This document shows, piece after piece, positions 29,867 to 41,380 of a stretch of 41,380 nt of DNA. This stretch comes from Macrostomum lignano (taxonomy: Eukaryota), in assembly GCA_002269645.1 (NCBI GenBank), contig NIVC01004583.1, forward strand, positions 1 to 41,380, written 5' to 3'. The notes beneath the pieces are model-generated. The model worked only from the letters and a program-made list of their open reading frames with translations. It was not told where the DNA came from and did not search any database. The translations under genes and the position numbers were made by a program. Each line of letters opens with the position of its first letter. Within the stretch, counting starts at the first letter, position 1.

Positions 29867-32800
29867 CTCTGATAGACAGACAGACAGACAGACTAGAAGA
29901 GATACAAATACAGGAGGTTGTCATTGAAGCGCCGCTCCCAATGGCCAGATGTACGCCATGGAGATCTACTTCCGGCAGTGCTGGATGGACAGCCGGCTCA
30001 AATTCGATCCGGAAATTGCGCAGCAGGACGAGATCAAAGTCAGCATCAGCATCCTGAGCCGCATCTGGCGGCCGGACACGTACTTTTTCAATGGACGCGG
30101 CTCTCAGCTGCACGAGCTGACAACGCCGAACAAACTGCTTCGCATTCAGGCGGACGGCACCGTGTTCTTCTCCATGCGGTATAAATAAAATTGGCCTGCG
30201 GTTGTCGTGCAATTCACACTATGAGGGCCAACCCCAAGGGTACAGAGAGTGTTTGACGATGTCGCCGAAGCCGTTGCGTCAGGTTGGGGCCCTCCTGCGA
30301 ATAGTTATTTCAAACCACTATCAAAGTAGATCTGCATCTTCTTGCACAAGCTCCCAAACAAATGTGACCGCACACTGAATCAAACGAAGGGTTCGTGGCG
30401 CGATAGAGAGAAGCGTTTACCGCTGAGCTGATCCGTCCTTTTTGGCAGTGGTTGACGCGTCGTACAGAATATCGTAATTTCGAAATTGAAATTGTCGAAA
30501 AGCCTTAATAACAATTTCGATAGTTCAATACTCGAAAATTTCTGGAATGTGAAAAAAAATTGGAATTAGGATACCAATTTTTTGTTTGACCGGATCAGAT
30601 TACGGAACTCTCCGTTGTTTTGTACATCAGTCGTGTGATTTGATGGCTGACTTAAAGGCGTTTGGAACGAGTTTCAAACAGCAGATATATTTCAACGCTA
30701 ATGCTTGCAGGCTCACGGTAAAGGCGGTTTGCTACATGGACTTCAGGAAATTCCCTGTTGACCGGCAGACATGTCCGCTGTTCATTGGCAGCTGTGAGTC
30801 AGGAACTCAGTTTGGGATTTGGTACAAAGACCTCTGATAATCTGATGCCTAGCTGGCTTCAACTAAAAACGCATTCCAGTCGCGTACGACTCGCACAACT
30901 TGGTGTACCTGTGGTGGGAGGAGGCCAGAGCCGGCCCGCACCTGCATTACATTCCCGACACGGTGGTCAATTCAACTAACAAAAATCTGGGCGTAGAGGT
31001 GACCGCCATGGCGCAGTTTCTATTCCGTCAGGAGAGGGTGCTGTTCTCGCATCAGCATACCCGGTTAGGGAAAGGTGAGTCTGGCAAAAACCCTCTGCAT
31101 CCTGAATGACATAAGTCACCTCTGGAGTTTGATAATCCACTCAGCCATGTCTTCTTGGGTAGCTTGAAAAAATATCAACAAGATTGAATCCCCATTGACC
31201 ATTTTTTAAACCAAGGAGTTTAATCCGTTTATACTGTGTTTCCCAACCTGTGTAAGTTCAGCTGATGGGGCGGTCCCAACTTTGCATTAGTTGAACTAAT
31301 TTTACTGCTTAAACAAAAAGCTGGACACGATAGAGGAAACGATACTTTTCAGAGTATCGAAACCTGCTCAGCATGACCATTCCGCTGGAGAGGATGATCG
31401 GATTCTATGTACTGCAGATCTACCTGCCCTCCTACATGACTGTGGCGATCTCCTGGGTTAGCTTCTGGATCAACAGGGAGGCGACCCCGGCTCGTGTGAC
31501 TCTCTGTGCGTTTCTCAGCCTTCATTGTGTACTTTAGCATTCTTTGCTTTCGAAGTGTGCTGAGTTGCTTGCAAATTGATTTTTGATTGATTTTTGTGTG
31601 TTTGTGAATTAGTGAGAATCTCAATTAGTGTGCTTATGGATTTGTGTGCCTGTGAATTGGTGTGCTTGTGGATTGGTGTGCTTGTGGATTGGTGTGCTTG
31701 TGGATTGGTGTGCTTGTGGATTAGTGTGCTTGTGGATTGGTGTGCCTGTGGATTGGTGTGCTTTGGGATTGGTGTGCTTTGGGATTGGTGTGCTTGTGGA
31801 TTAGTGTGCTTGTGGATTGGTGTGCTTGTGGATTAGTGTGCTTGTGGATTGGTGTGCTTGTGGATTGGTGTGCTTGTGAGTTGGCTATTTTGGTGAGGTG
31901 TTGGTGCTAGGGTTAGTGTTAATCGGTGATAGATTAAGCATGAGTACATGATGAGGAATGTAAGGTTGCTTAGTGGTTTGTTATTAGTAATAAAGAGATG
32001 TATTTGCAGGAGATTGAAACTTTATGTTTTCAAGTTTTAACCCTCAATTTTTTAACTCTAACCCTTTCTCCGACTAAAACCGGTTGACAAGCTTATTGTT
32101 CACCTATAATTCATCGGAACCCCGCAGCAATCACAACGCTGCTCACAAGCGTCACCATCACGCTGACTGGCCGCATCGGCCTGCCGAAGGTGTCCTACGC
32201 CACCGCTCTGGACGTCTTCCTGCTGGTCTGCTTCTTCTTCGTGTTCTCCGCCCTGCTGGAGTACGCGGGAGTGAACTATTTCACCAAGACTGGCAATGTG
32301 GAAATTCCCAGGAGACCCCAGGTGCGCGGCTTAGCGGTGCTCAACTGTGTAATCAAAATAATCAGCCGCGCGCGGATAAGTAGCTTTACATCTCTCCTTT
32401 ATACACAATTATTTCGGCTCCCGTTGTAGCTTGGGAAAGTATATCTCCAAGGAGGTTAATTTTTATTTGTTATTTGTACAAGCGTATTATATATGATTAT
32501 TGATTTCAAATACCTCAGCCCTAGGCATAATCTCAAAGCTAGATGCTGGAGTATTAACGTCTATAGATCAGTACAATAAACTGGCAGGTGCTACCTGAAG
32601 CAACAAGTTTTACCTACATGTTAATGCCTGTTAGTAGTAGCCGTTAGCCAGCGCTCTTATGTTCCAGCGGCCCAGGCTCGATTCTAAGCGCAGTCAAATT
32701 GTAATATTATGGATTGAAATCTTGCTAACTGCTAAATTGGAATGTTCGCTTGGGTCTGCTTGGGTCTGACGCCATTGACGCACACAGCCCCCACCCTGTC

Positions 32801-33291
32801 TCAAGTAGACAATGTCTGTTAAAAATGCAGCAAATATTTCACATTTATTGTAAGTCAAAATTCCCTACGCTGCCCAGGCTTCTATCGACTCCGCCGAGCC
32901 CGAAGCGACCACTCTGAAGAATGCGGGCGCTCAGTTGATTGAGGAAGACGACTCGCAGACACGGAACAGACTGAATCGCCGGCCACACTCGCAAAGAGAC
33001 AGCAATCAATGGAGACCGAACTTCTCCAACGACGGACACGTCGAAGAAGCCGCTGGCCGACCAACCGGCGTTGGCGGCGGCGACTCCTGCCCGAGCATGT
33101 TCCTGCACTGCCTGCGCGGAGACAGGAAGTACATGCTGCTGAAGGAGAGCCGTAGAACATCCGGTCCCAACTCGGAGTCCTGTATCGATCGGGCGTCTCG
33201 ATTCATATTTCCAGCCTCGTTCCTGGCCGTGAATGTGCTGTACTGGCTGGCTCTCTTCTTGGGCGACGAGTTTCGAGTGGAGCCGGAGTGA
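26584..33291 (+). CDS. Cys-loop ligand-gated chloride channel subunit, GABA-A alpha/Grd-like; 9 exons, 543 aa
   Basis: Exons 26584-26630, 26976-27220, 29547-29617, 29949-30178, 30711-30793, 30880-31074, 31353-31505, 32128-32321 and 32878-33291. All introns are GT-AG and phase-compatible; total 1632 nt. Features: signal peptide, YD..LRP, WRPDTYF, Cys-loop [16 protein letters not shown]1, PAR-M2, [16 protein letters not shown] and M4 IDRASR. Confidence 0.95.
26735..26973. repeat. Pyrimidine-rich 21-bp minisatellite in intron 1
   Basis: Alternating units CCCACTCTACCTCTCGCCAGT and CCCACTCTACCCCTCTCCACT. Confidence 0.92.
27352..28337. repeat. Purine-rich 31/22-bp minisatellite in intron 2
   Basis: Unit GGGCAAGGAGAAGACAGGGAGA(GAGGGGAGA), ~1 kb. 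Confidence 0.97.
29712..29893. repeat. (GACA)n microsatellite in intron 3
   Basis: Direct reading. Confidence 0.97.
31625..31884. repeat. 16-bp minisatellite (TTGTGGATTGGTGTGC)n in intron 7
   Basis: Direct reading. Confidence 0.95.
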
Positions 33292-34250
33292 TGAAGGCAA
33301 CAGCCAGCAGAGACAAAATCGTACAAAAAAGTTTGCCTGAGAAACATTTCATAAAGTTGGAAACCTGCTTTAATGAAAAATACAGTTTTACAGATGCTTT
33401 GGAACTTGTTACTTATTTACTTAAGCAGCCTGTTTATAAGACAAGCTGCTCGAGCTTAACATGCTCAATAAACTTCCGTCAAATTTATTCTGAGTTCTAC
33501 TCAAGTGTAGCAACATCTGCTGCAGTTGAAGTCTTCTCAGACATACGAGCGTACGAATATTTTCATATTGCACCCTTGGTTCCCAAATATTGCACTGCAT
33601 TTTTATGTGATGCACGCAAAATTTTGGTTATGGTCCAAATTTTCAACTTCCCAAAGAGTTACAATTTTATATGTACTTAACTTCAAAAGCAATCCATCAG
33701 GTGCAAAATGAAACACTAGGGCAAACAGAGAAAAATTAGCCTTTCGTTACTGAGTTCGATTAGGAAAAGCTCTTCCTTCCAGGTATGGATCTCACACAGT
33801 CTCGTCTCTACGCACGGAGTTACTCAGATCATTATCTATATAACTAGGTACATTAACCGGCATTCTTCTCCCCATAGGATAGAAAAGAAACATATGACAT
33901 CCCGAAGTACTGAGAGATCTACGAAAATCTGGCACCCCGCGTCGCCCTCTCTGGTGTTTTTGATAGACCAACTAGTCAATAGGTCGTCTCTTGCTGCGAA
34001 CGTTTTGGTGCTCGCGAATAAGCCTAGAAGTAATACGGGTCTGCAGCGCTAACCAGCCCGAGTGAAGACTCAAATGAAGGAGGCCTGCCAGTCTCAGAGC
34101 TCATTAAGCGCGCAGCTTTCTGTCATGACTTACAGCATCTGATTGATATTTTTTGTCCTGAAATGTCCTGACACCTTAGACTCTGAAACATTGTGGGCAC
34201 TCACACGCGTGCGCCGGCCAGTAAGAGCCAGCTTACTTGAGTATTGCACC

Positions 34251-34280
34251 CAGGGACTACTAAGTATTTAGTAGTCCCTG
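34251..34280. mobile_element. 30-bp TIR-only hAT-type mini-element
   Basis: CAGGGACTACTAA-GTAT-TTAGTAGTCCCTG (perfect 13-bp inverted repeat) with a perfect 8-bp TSD ATTGCACC at 34243-50 and 34281-88. Confidence 0.85.
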
Positions 34281-35589
34281 ATTGCACCCTGTACAAACTA
34301 TCTTAGTACGTAGACTAGGGATTCAAGGATACAATGAAAGCGTTCCAGTAAAACTAAAATCTGATACCTACTGTTAAATACGTTTGCTACTTTGGCAAAA
34401 ATCGTGTCGGACAAGGTGTGAAAGAGCGCCTCTTCTGTCACCTCTCGCGTCGCTCGCATGCACTTCCGGTCGATCTCTTTATTGAGTTATTGAGTTACTG
34501 ACTGCAGCTATTGAACACATATAATTTCGAGTTGTCCGACAACTTTTTTGGGGTCCATTTTGTAACTTTACTTGCTGTATCGCAGCACGTGGTACTCCAA
34601 CGTTACCTACTCTTCCTCTTAGGGGTTCTTGCAAGTCTGAGGTCATTAAAGATCAATCAAGGCTATGTCCAGCAAGGTGAAAATACTAATAAAAGTAGTA
34701 ATTACAGCGAGGTTCTGGCCTTAAATTGGTCGTGAAAGGGCCCATAGGCTATCTTGCAGATTTATTAAGACTAATTATCATACCAGCTACTATGTTGTAA
34801 GTTAGCCACAGTGCCATATACACGGCAACATCGTTTCCATTTTCAAATAGTTGCTTGATTGAATAACTTACTGACCACTGTTTGTCCATTTGGCTTATTG
34901 CGACCCTCCTATAAGGCTTAGACGTAACTACTCAATTGAGCGGAAAAGATCAAGATGAAGCAATTGGTCGAATTTTAGCTTAACTTCACTCGCAACTTCT
35001 TAAATTTTTATGCGCTAGTAAAGTCATTGAAAAGACGCTTGCCTGCCTTGCGAATACCAAGCAATCAAGCAAAGTGCAATATAAAATCAAACTACTGAAA
35101 GAGAGGCCAGATAAAGAGTGCTCCTAATTAAGCACGCTTAAATGGCCTCTCAAAACCAACAAATCAGATATTGAGGCTGTCTGTGGCCTGGAAAATTCGC
35201 GACCAAATAGACCAGACTGCGGACTCTTTTTGCACAGCTGTCTCCGGGCGAACTGGGCGTCAGAAAAGCATTAGCTAATTGACTCGAGCGAGCCTCGGGT
35301 TTCCCGTGACAGAGCGCAAACTGCAGGACTCAAATGAGTCTGCTCCCTGGCTATCCATTTTCTTATTTCCTGAGACTTTAACTACTGACCAAGAGATTTT
35401 ATACGACGGCGGTGGCTACAGACTTGATGCTGCAGGCATGCGTTTGCGGATTCTTGATTACATTGTCCGCTAACTACGAATGTGTTATTATTTGGTCCAT
35501 TATTAGTAAAAATTCTGCATTTGCAAACCGGATCGTTTCTTATGGCTTAGCGTCGTGACCCCAGACCCACCGGCACCGTGCCTGGATTC

Positions 35590-36030
35590 CGGCTCGCAGT
35601 TCCATCGCAGGGCGGGGCCCTGATTGGACTCAACCGCAGGGACATCATGGACTCTCTCGGGTAATGGCTGTTTTGCCAGGCATCGCCACCTGCAGGGAAA
35701 AATCCGCAGTGAGGAATGCCCTTTCTGCCTCTCCGGTGTCGAGAATGCGGAGCACTTCATCTGTGAATGCCCTGCCTTTACTCAGGTCAGGCTCACCTAT
35801 CACGGCCCCAGGGACAACTAAACACTCGTTTAGGACACTATGACACTAGAGTGCTTTAGTTGTCCCTGCTCGGCCCAAACTCGGACCTCTCCGACGTTTT
35901 CAGGCCCGAGAATCTCTGCCAGCTCGTCCGCTACCTAAGGGCTATCGGGCGAGCGACAATCCACCTCCTGGAGGGGGACCGCGCTGCGGACACCGGCACC
36001 ACCGGAACTCTTTGCGCGACACCGCAGCAC
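35590..36030 (+). pseudogene. 5'-truncated 3' fragment of a LOA/Lian-like LINE related to the element at 19565-24430
   Basis: [51 protein letters not shown] parallels the C-terminus of ORF2 at 19667-20023. It is interrupted by the 60-bp element. Confidence 0.85.
35809..35868. mobile_element. 60-bp hAT-type mini-element inserted in the LINE fragment
   Basis: TIRs CAGGGACAACTAAACACTC and GAGTGCTTTAGTTGTCCCTG; 8-bp flanks CACGGCCC and CTCGGCCC (7/8). Removing it plus one flank restores the LINE frame (Y-L/H-GPNSDL). Confidence 0.85.
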
Positions 36031-37790
36031 CAGCTGCCTGTTGTCGCCAGGGGTCAGCGAAATGGGCAGCAACGTTTAGCGCCTGTTCTTGCTTACTCTT
36101 AGTGGATAACTGATTTGATTTGATAGCTCGCTGCCAACACGTTTCCTGAGATTCACTAAGCCTAGTTTTAGGAGATAAAAGAACGAGGGCGGGAATCCAA
36201 AGAAAAGTAAGCTGTTCCAATAAAAGATAGTTTAACACCCGGATTCCCCTGCTATTCCTTATGAAGTACAATTTCGTAGTACAATTTATGAATGACTCCC
36301 TTTGATACTGGCCCAAGACTGTTCATCAACAAGCTAAAAAATTATCATATCATCTTCTCATTTACCTGAAAGTTAAACTTTGACGATCCCGATCTTGAAT
36401 TAAGGAAAGGAAACTAAACAAACTTATCCTTCCCCACGAGCGCTACGCCTCTTTACATTATACTCGTATAAAAGCTTTAAATATATTACTGACATTTTCT
36501 GAAACTAAGACTACTACCAGTAGCATAAATAGAAATTCGCGCTACACTATATTATTTCTTAATCCCTGGTAGAACTTGACAGCAAGATTAGTGAGAGAGT
36601 ATACTCGTATTAGTAGCCGGCCATATAGCTTAAATTATGACAGTACCGATGAGATAAAGTAATTGTAGTTTCCAAATTGATGGTCTTTAAAGCGCCCTGG
36701 AGGCTCAGAAACAGGCAATTGTCTCGAAAATCCCACTGCATTTACATTCAGACTGCAGCATCCGTGTAGCTCTGCAAATTGAGAAAGCTCAGCTACACAG
36801 GGTTATTGTAAGAACAGACTATCCAGGTTAAAAAACTCTTTAGAGGTAGCTGACGTAGAGCTTCATTTCTACGTTGCCTACGTTACCAACCTCCTGTAGA
36901 ATAGATGTATTGCATATTTAAACAACGAAAACGCTTTCAATGCAGAAAACTGCATGATTGACAAAGCAGCTCCAGACGATTTGTGTTTGTATTTCGAAAA
37001 TTAAGCACAGCAGTGGCCCCTTTTTAAAGTAAACATTTTTCCTTTTTCATGAATAAGGAATAAGGGCTCTGCTTAAGGCATTTTTTAAACGAGCTAGTTT
37101 TTAAAAAAAATAAAAATAATTTTCAAATTTGTGAATATGTAAATTCCTGAGTCAAGGGTACTGTACAGTATCAGCACAGGAACTGACTGCACGCAGCTCT
37201 GCTGTTGCTTAGGCTTTTATGGCACATTATACATGTAAAAATTTCGAGAATGAGAATACAAAAATTGTATAGATTTGATTACTGTGCCAGTACAGCACTG
37301 CACAGCTGCAGCTTGTGTGCCTAAGTACTTTGTTGGTAGATTAAAAGCAATTGCTGTAATGAAAAATGATCATTTCGAGAACTGTAAGCAAAAATCAGTG
37401 AAGGAATTTTATGCGAAATTGATAAAGTTTTTTTTCAAATTGAAAGCAATCTTGAAGTATATATTAAGTAAAAACAAGCGGATTTAATAAAAGGTATAAT
37501 TATAACAAATTTATTAATCTTTATAAAAATTTGCGCCAGAAAATAGATTTACAATGTAAATTTGTAATTTTTTAGTGTTATCAATATATTAGGATTAGTT
37601 TCACCTAAATAGTAAGTATTTTTTCGCTGTCAAGGTAAAACATCACATCGCTATTCAAACGAAAGCAAGCAAATCATTAAGTATAATAGCTAGTACATAC
37701 GGGTCGGCACAAAATCAATCTTCGCCACCATAATTATTTAAGTTTTTTAATTCTTAAGCTTCAAGGCTTTCTTTTTCTTTACTTGCGATA

Positions 37791-40129
37791 ATGTCTGCGA
37801 GACCAACACAGTGCATCTGTCAAATCTGCAATTGCGGGTATGCAAAACGTCATTTTTCTTTTCTTAATGTTTTCGACTTTCAAGAAATTTTTGCTGAAAA
37901 AAGAATTTAGTAAAAGTAAAATATCGTTTTACTGAACTTTCGAAATTCTTATACTATCCCTTAGATTATTTAATTCCAAATAGGTTATTTGACTCCCATT
38001 TTCCTCTACATTTCTGTGCTGTTTTCTAAGTAATTTATGGTTTGACATACATTCATTGGCCTGGCACGACTCTTCAAAATTTATCAGAACTAATGATTTG
38101 AAATTTTACAAAACCATATAAATTTAACTGTTGAAAATGTTTCAATTTTAGCATTTAAATTTATAATAGACAGAAAAAAATACACTTAAATTAATCATTT
38201 CTCACTTCTGTCTGATTTAATACTTAAAAACAAGGTTTTATTTATTATTAAACGAATTTATAAGCCACTAATTTGTTTCTTGTTTGCATTCTTTATTTGA
38301 TTTTAATAGCTACGCCAAATACAAATTAAAATTAAATGGTTAAAACTTTATATGAACAAATTTTTTCTGGTCACTTTATCAGCCGGCATCGCTGCAAGCT
38401 GCACCCGAATCGCCCGATCCGCGACGGCCCCTGCCAGCTGTCCGAGTACACCAACAAGTTCATCCCGCATGCCATCGTGCCGGTCGGCAGCTTCAAGCCG
38501 ACAGTCGAGCGGCCGGCAGCGAAGGCCCTCTGTCCGATAAGACCACCCACCGGGTGGACTTCGTGCCGCACCCGCTGGACAGGCCGAAGCAGCACCAGGC
38601 TGAGCAATACCGGCCGCCCTCCGGCCAGTTCGATGGCATCACCATGTACAGCAAGGAGTACACGGAGAAGCGGGCAGACCGAGCCGTGCCCGCTAAGCGC
38701 GAAGTGAAACGCGGCGTTGCTGGCGAATTCCGCGGCGAGCCGACGTACAAGCACGACTACCGGAAGTGGGACATGCCCAAGCTGGAGCGGAGCCGCACCA
38801 ACCCGCAGTGGGAGCCGTCCAAGACTCCGTTCGGCGGCCTGCCTACCTACACCACCGACTATGTGGCCCACCCGGGCAGGTGAGAAGGGCTGATTGGCGA
38901 TTAGGTTGGTTCTAAATAAAATAATTTAGCTTGCAGCAATCGATCATGTGATAATGAACAGACAAATCCACTTTTACCTGAACCAGAGTATAATCGACTT
39001 ATTAATGACATGCTGAACTATCAGCGATCATAATTCAGGTTGGTTTAAAATATCCCTTCTATATGGACACTATTTTTATATTTAGAATGTTTTTTCTTGG
39101 CATTGAAAGTTGCTTCTGCCTCACTCGATCACTAAATATTTAATCGATTGACGGTTCAAATAGGCTTTCTGCCGATCACATTCAAGTCCAAACTCAACAG
39201 TGAACAGAAATCACTTTAAATGCATTACTTCAGTAGCTTTTCTGGCTTATAATTTTTACTCATTTTGATTTTAAAACATGATTAGCACGAATATGGTACT
39301 GGATAAGCTTAAGCACCGGACTGGGGCCTGAAGTACCGTGGATTGTATGATAACTCAACAGTTACCGGTAGAATGGGACCCAAGAATTCTACAGGATCAC
39401 ACGATCAGGCAGACTTGAAGGAATATTTTAGAGCTCGTTTACAACACGGTTTCTCAGTCAACTTCTGCCCTGATACGGCTAGGCGAGACACGAACTGTAG
39501 GTTGACATGAAATCCCGTTTTATTCAACTTTACCCGGCAAGTTATTGATTTCAGGCGGTTTGGTCTCGTGTCTTATTTTTGGGGTTCATTCCGGAGCTTA
39601 AGTTGGCATTCCAATATTGAGCTGTAACTCAGATAAAAATGTTGGTTTCTCACAGACCGTCCACCAGCTGCAAACCGAACGAGGTCGCTCGCTTGTCGTC
39701 CGCCCCGCTGGAGAACCAGACCGACTACCGGCAGAGCTTTGTGCCGCATCCGCTCGAGCGGCGCAAGGAGAAAGAGCGCCAGGTCTGGGCGCGCCCATCG
39801 GCGCCATTCGATGGCCTGAGCACATTCACGCGCGACTTCACCCCGAAATCGGCGATGGTCCGCAGCTCGATGAAGCCGGACGCTACCGCGTTTGCCTCCA
39901 ACGCGCCGTTCAAAGACGACACAACGCACCGACTTGACTTCAAGCCGTGGGAGCTGCAGCGTCACGCCGTGCATAAAGCCGAGCCCTACGTGCCCCCGGA
40001 GGGTCACGTGGATGGCACCACGACCTACGTCAAGGACTACCCAGCCCACAAGGTCGTTAGGGAGACCTACACTAGGAGGCCGGAGCGCGGTCTACCTAGC
40101 GGAGAATTCAATGACGCCACAGATTACAA
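37791..40129 (+). CDS. SAXO: SAXO/FAM154-family stabilizer of axonemal microtubules, 5' part (exons 37791-37837, 38383-38879, 39656-40129); 1-nt frameshift ~38517; continues beyond the window
   Basis: N-terminal CICQICNCGRHRC followed by periodic Mn-like motifs TTHRVDFVPH, TMYSKEY, PTYKHDYRKW, PTYTTDY, TDYRQSFVPH, STFTRDF, TTHRLDFKPW and TTYVKDY. GT-AG junctions are phase-compatible. The paralogue number cannot be assigned. Confidence 0.88.
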
Positions 40130-41380
40130 GTGAGTTTTCCTCACCTTTGACTCATCTTTCCTCACCTTTAATCCTTTTTTACACCAGATGTAAACCCTTA
40201 CGGTATAAACCCACATTTTAAAGTCTTTCGGTCTCTTGGACGTTTCTTGCGACTTAAACAGAAGCCTTAGTTTCGGTAATTTTTCCGAGCCTATAACCAA
40301 GGATACGAAAACTCCATTACGTCGCTAGGGCAATTTTTAGGTTTGTTTTTCTTGCTTCTCACCCAATCAGCTTCATGGGAAGTGGAGCTGTACTAAAAAA
40401 AATCAACCAATTCATTGCAACTGTACTGAGAGGCATCCATATTGTTACTTGTTTGTAATGCAAGCAGGGGTTGCAATCTGGCAGGGCGAGAGTGAGACTT
40501 GGGGAGAGGCAGGCAGCAGAACCCATGGGTTGCAAGAGCTTTAGCCATACGCAGTATATCCTAGCAAACTTTAGCCGCAGGCAGCTGAGCAACTGGCAAA
40601 AAAGAAGAATGGCTTTCATTGTTGACTGTCGCCCGGCAGAACTGAGCTGGTCCAGTGGGTGGGGGAGAGAGAAGGGAGAACGGAGAGTAAAGATGCGGGA
40701 GAGAGAAGAGAGGCCGTGCCTGGCTACTCATCACACCGAGGCTTTAGAAAATCATTTTCTATTCAAAGAAGCGAGGCAATCAAGACGGATCAAAACCTCG
40801 CGTCTGCTCTCTCTGCTCACTGCTCAGCCGACCGTCTCAGTTCTTTTCGCTGTCTAACGCATTGCCAATGAGTACCCGACAATTCGAGTCTCTCACGCCA
40901 CTCTGGCCCAACCACCTTGCTAATGGTCTCACCACTTAAAAACGAATACTGAATATCTAACTGTAGAAAGTGGCTCCGACATTGTCTAGAAAAGTTTTGG
41001 CATACCACTTAATTAGCTTAGTTTAGTGAATACCGTGTTGCAGGAGACGAGTAAATATATACTATTATATTTCTGAATTCGCCTACTTATAGAAAGAAGT
41101 GTAAGGGAGACGAATAGCCTGTAGAGTGCCCGTGATGTCTTTACGAGCTATTGTGCTTCTGAGGGCAGACAACAAGCTTTTTAAGCCCTATGACATAAAA
41201 TTGGGGGCCCAAGTATTGAAATGCTAGTGTTGATAGCGACCAAATATTGACACCCTAAAGGGCCCATTTTGATAATAAACGTATCGGAACTCTTCAATGC
41301 ATTAATAGTAAAAAGTGTCGTTCTAGCACTTCGTGCAACGTTCGGACATCCACGGACGCAAGTCGTATTTTTATATTACA

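Noticed and set aside
30223-30294. Imperfect inverted repeat GAGGGCC(CC)AACC in intron 4
   Set aside because: Short and imperfect, with no target-site duplication.
33288-33680. 130-aa ORF overlapping the receptor stop codon
   Set aside because: AT-rich 3' UTR-like sequence with no motif and no host-like codon bias.
33836-33865. CTAG(T) end on the minus strand suggestive of a Helitron 3' terminus
   Set aside because: No subterminal hairpin or matching 5' TC end could be identified.
36100-36700. Traces of a CR1/L2-like LINE C-terminus on the minus strand (RNSR, WNSL)
   Set aside because: The motifs are too short and scattered over frames to support a call.

Overview
Eukaryotic (animal) genomic DNA with spliceosomal introns. 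The gene and repeat content suggests a free-living flatworm such as Macrostomum, but this is inference only. (1) Positions 1-~13865 are the right-hand part of a Polinton/Maverick (adintovirus-like) endogenous dsDNA virus. It carries a parvovirus-type PLA2, integrase, a pX-like core protein, protein-primed PolB, an adenain-type protease, a packaging ATPase, major and minor capsid proteins, several uncharacterised ORFs and a candidate terminus (...CTACT-3'). Many of its genes carry short frameshifts, while the capsid block is intact. (2) The host region holds a 2-exon secreted WSC + PAN/apple-like gene, a complete 9-exon anion-type Cys-loop (GABA-A/Grd-like) receptor subunit gene, and the first three exons of a SAXO/FAM154-type microtubule inner protein gene. 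(3) Mobile DNA includes a near full-length LOA/Lian-like LINE (ORF1 + APE-RT-RNase H), a TTAA-flanked MITE, and three CAGGG-terminated hAT-type non-autonomous elements of 784, 60 and only 30 bp. There are many micro- and minisatellites. The most novel-looking signals are 3' splice-acceptor-like motifs directly in front of four viral start codons (possible spliced-leader or common-leader expression), a shared G-x-G/GG candidate protease-cleavage motif in the small viral proteins, and the 30-bp TIR-only transposon with a perfect 8-bp TSD.
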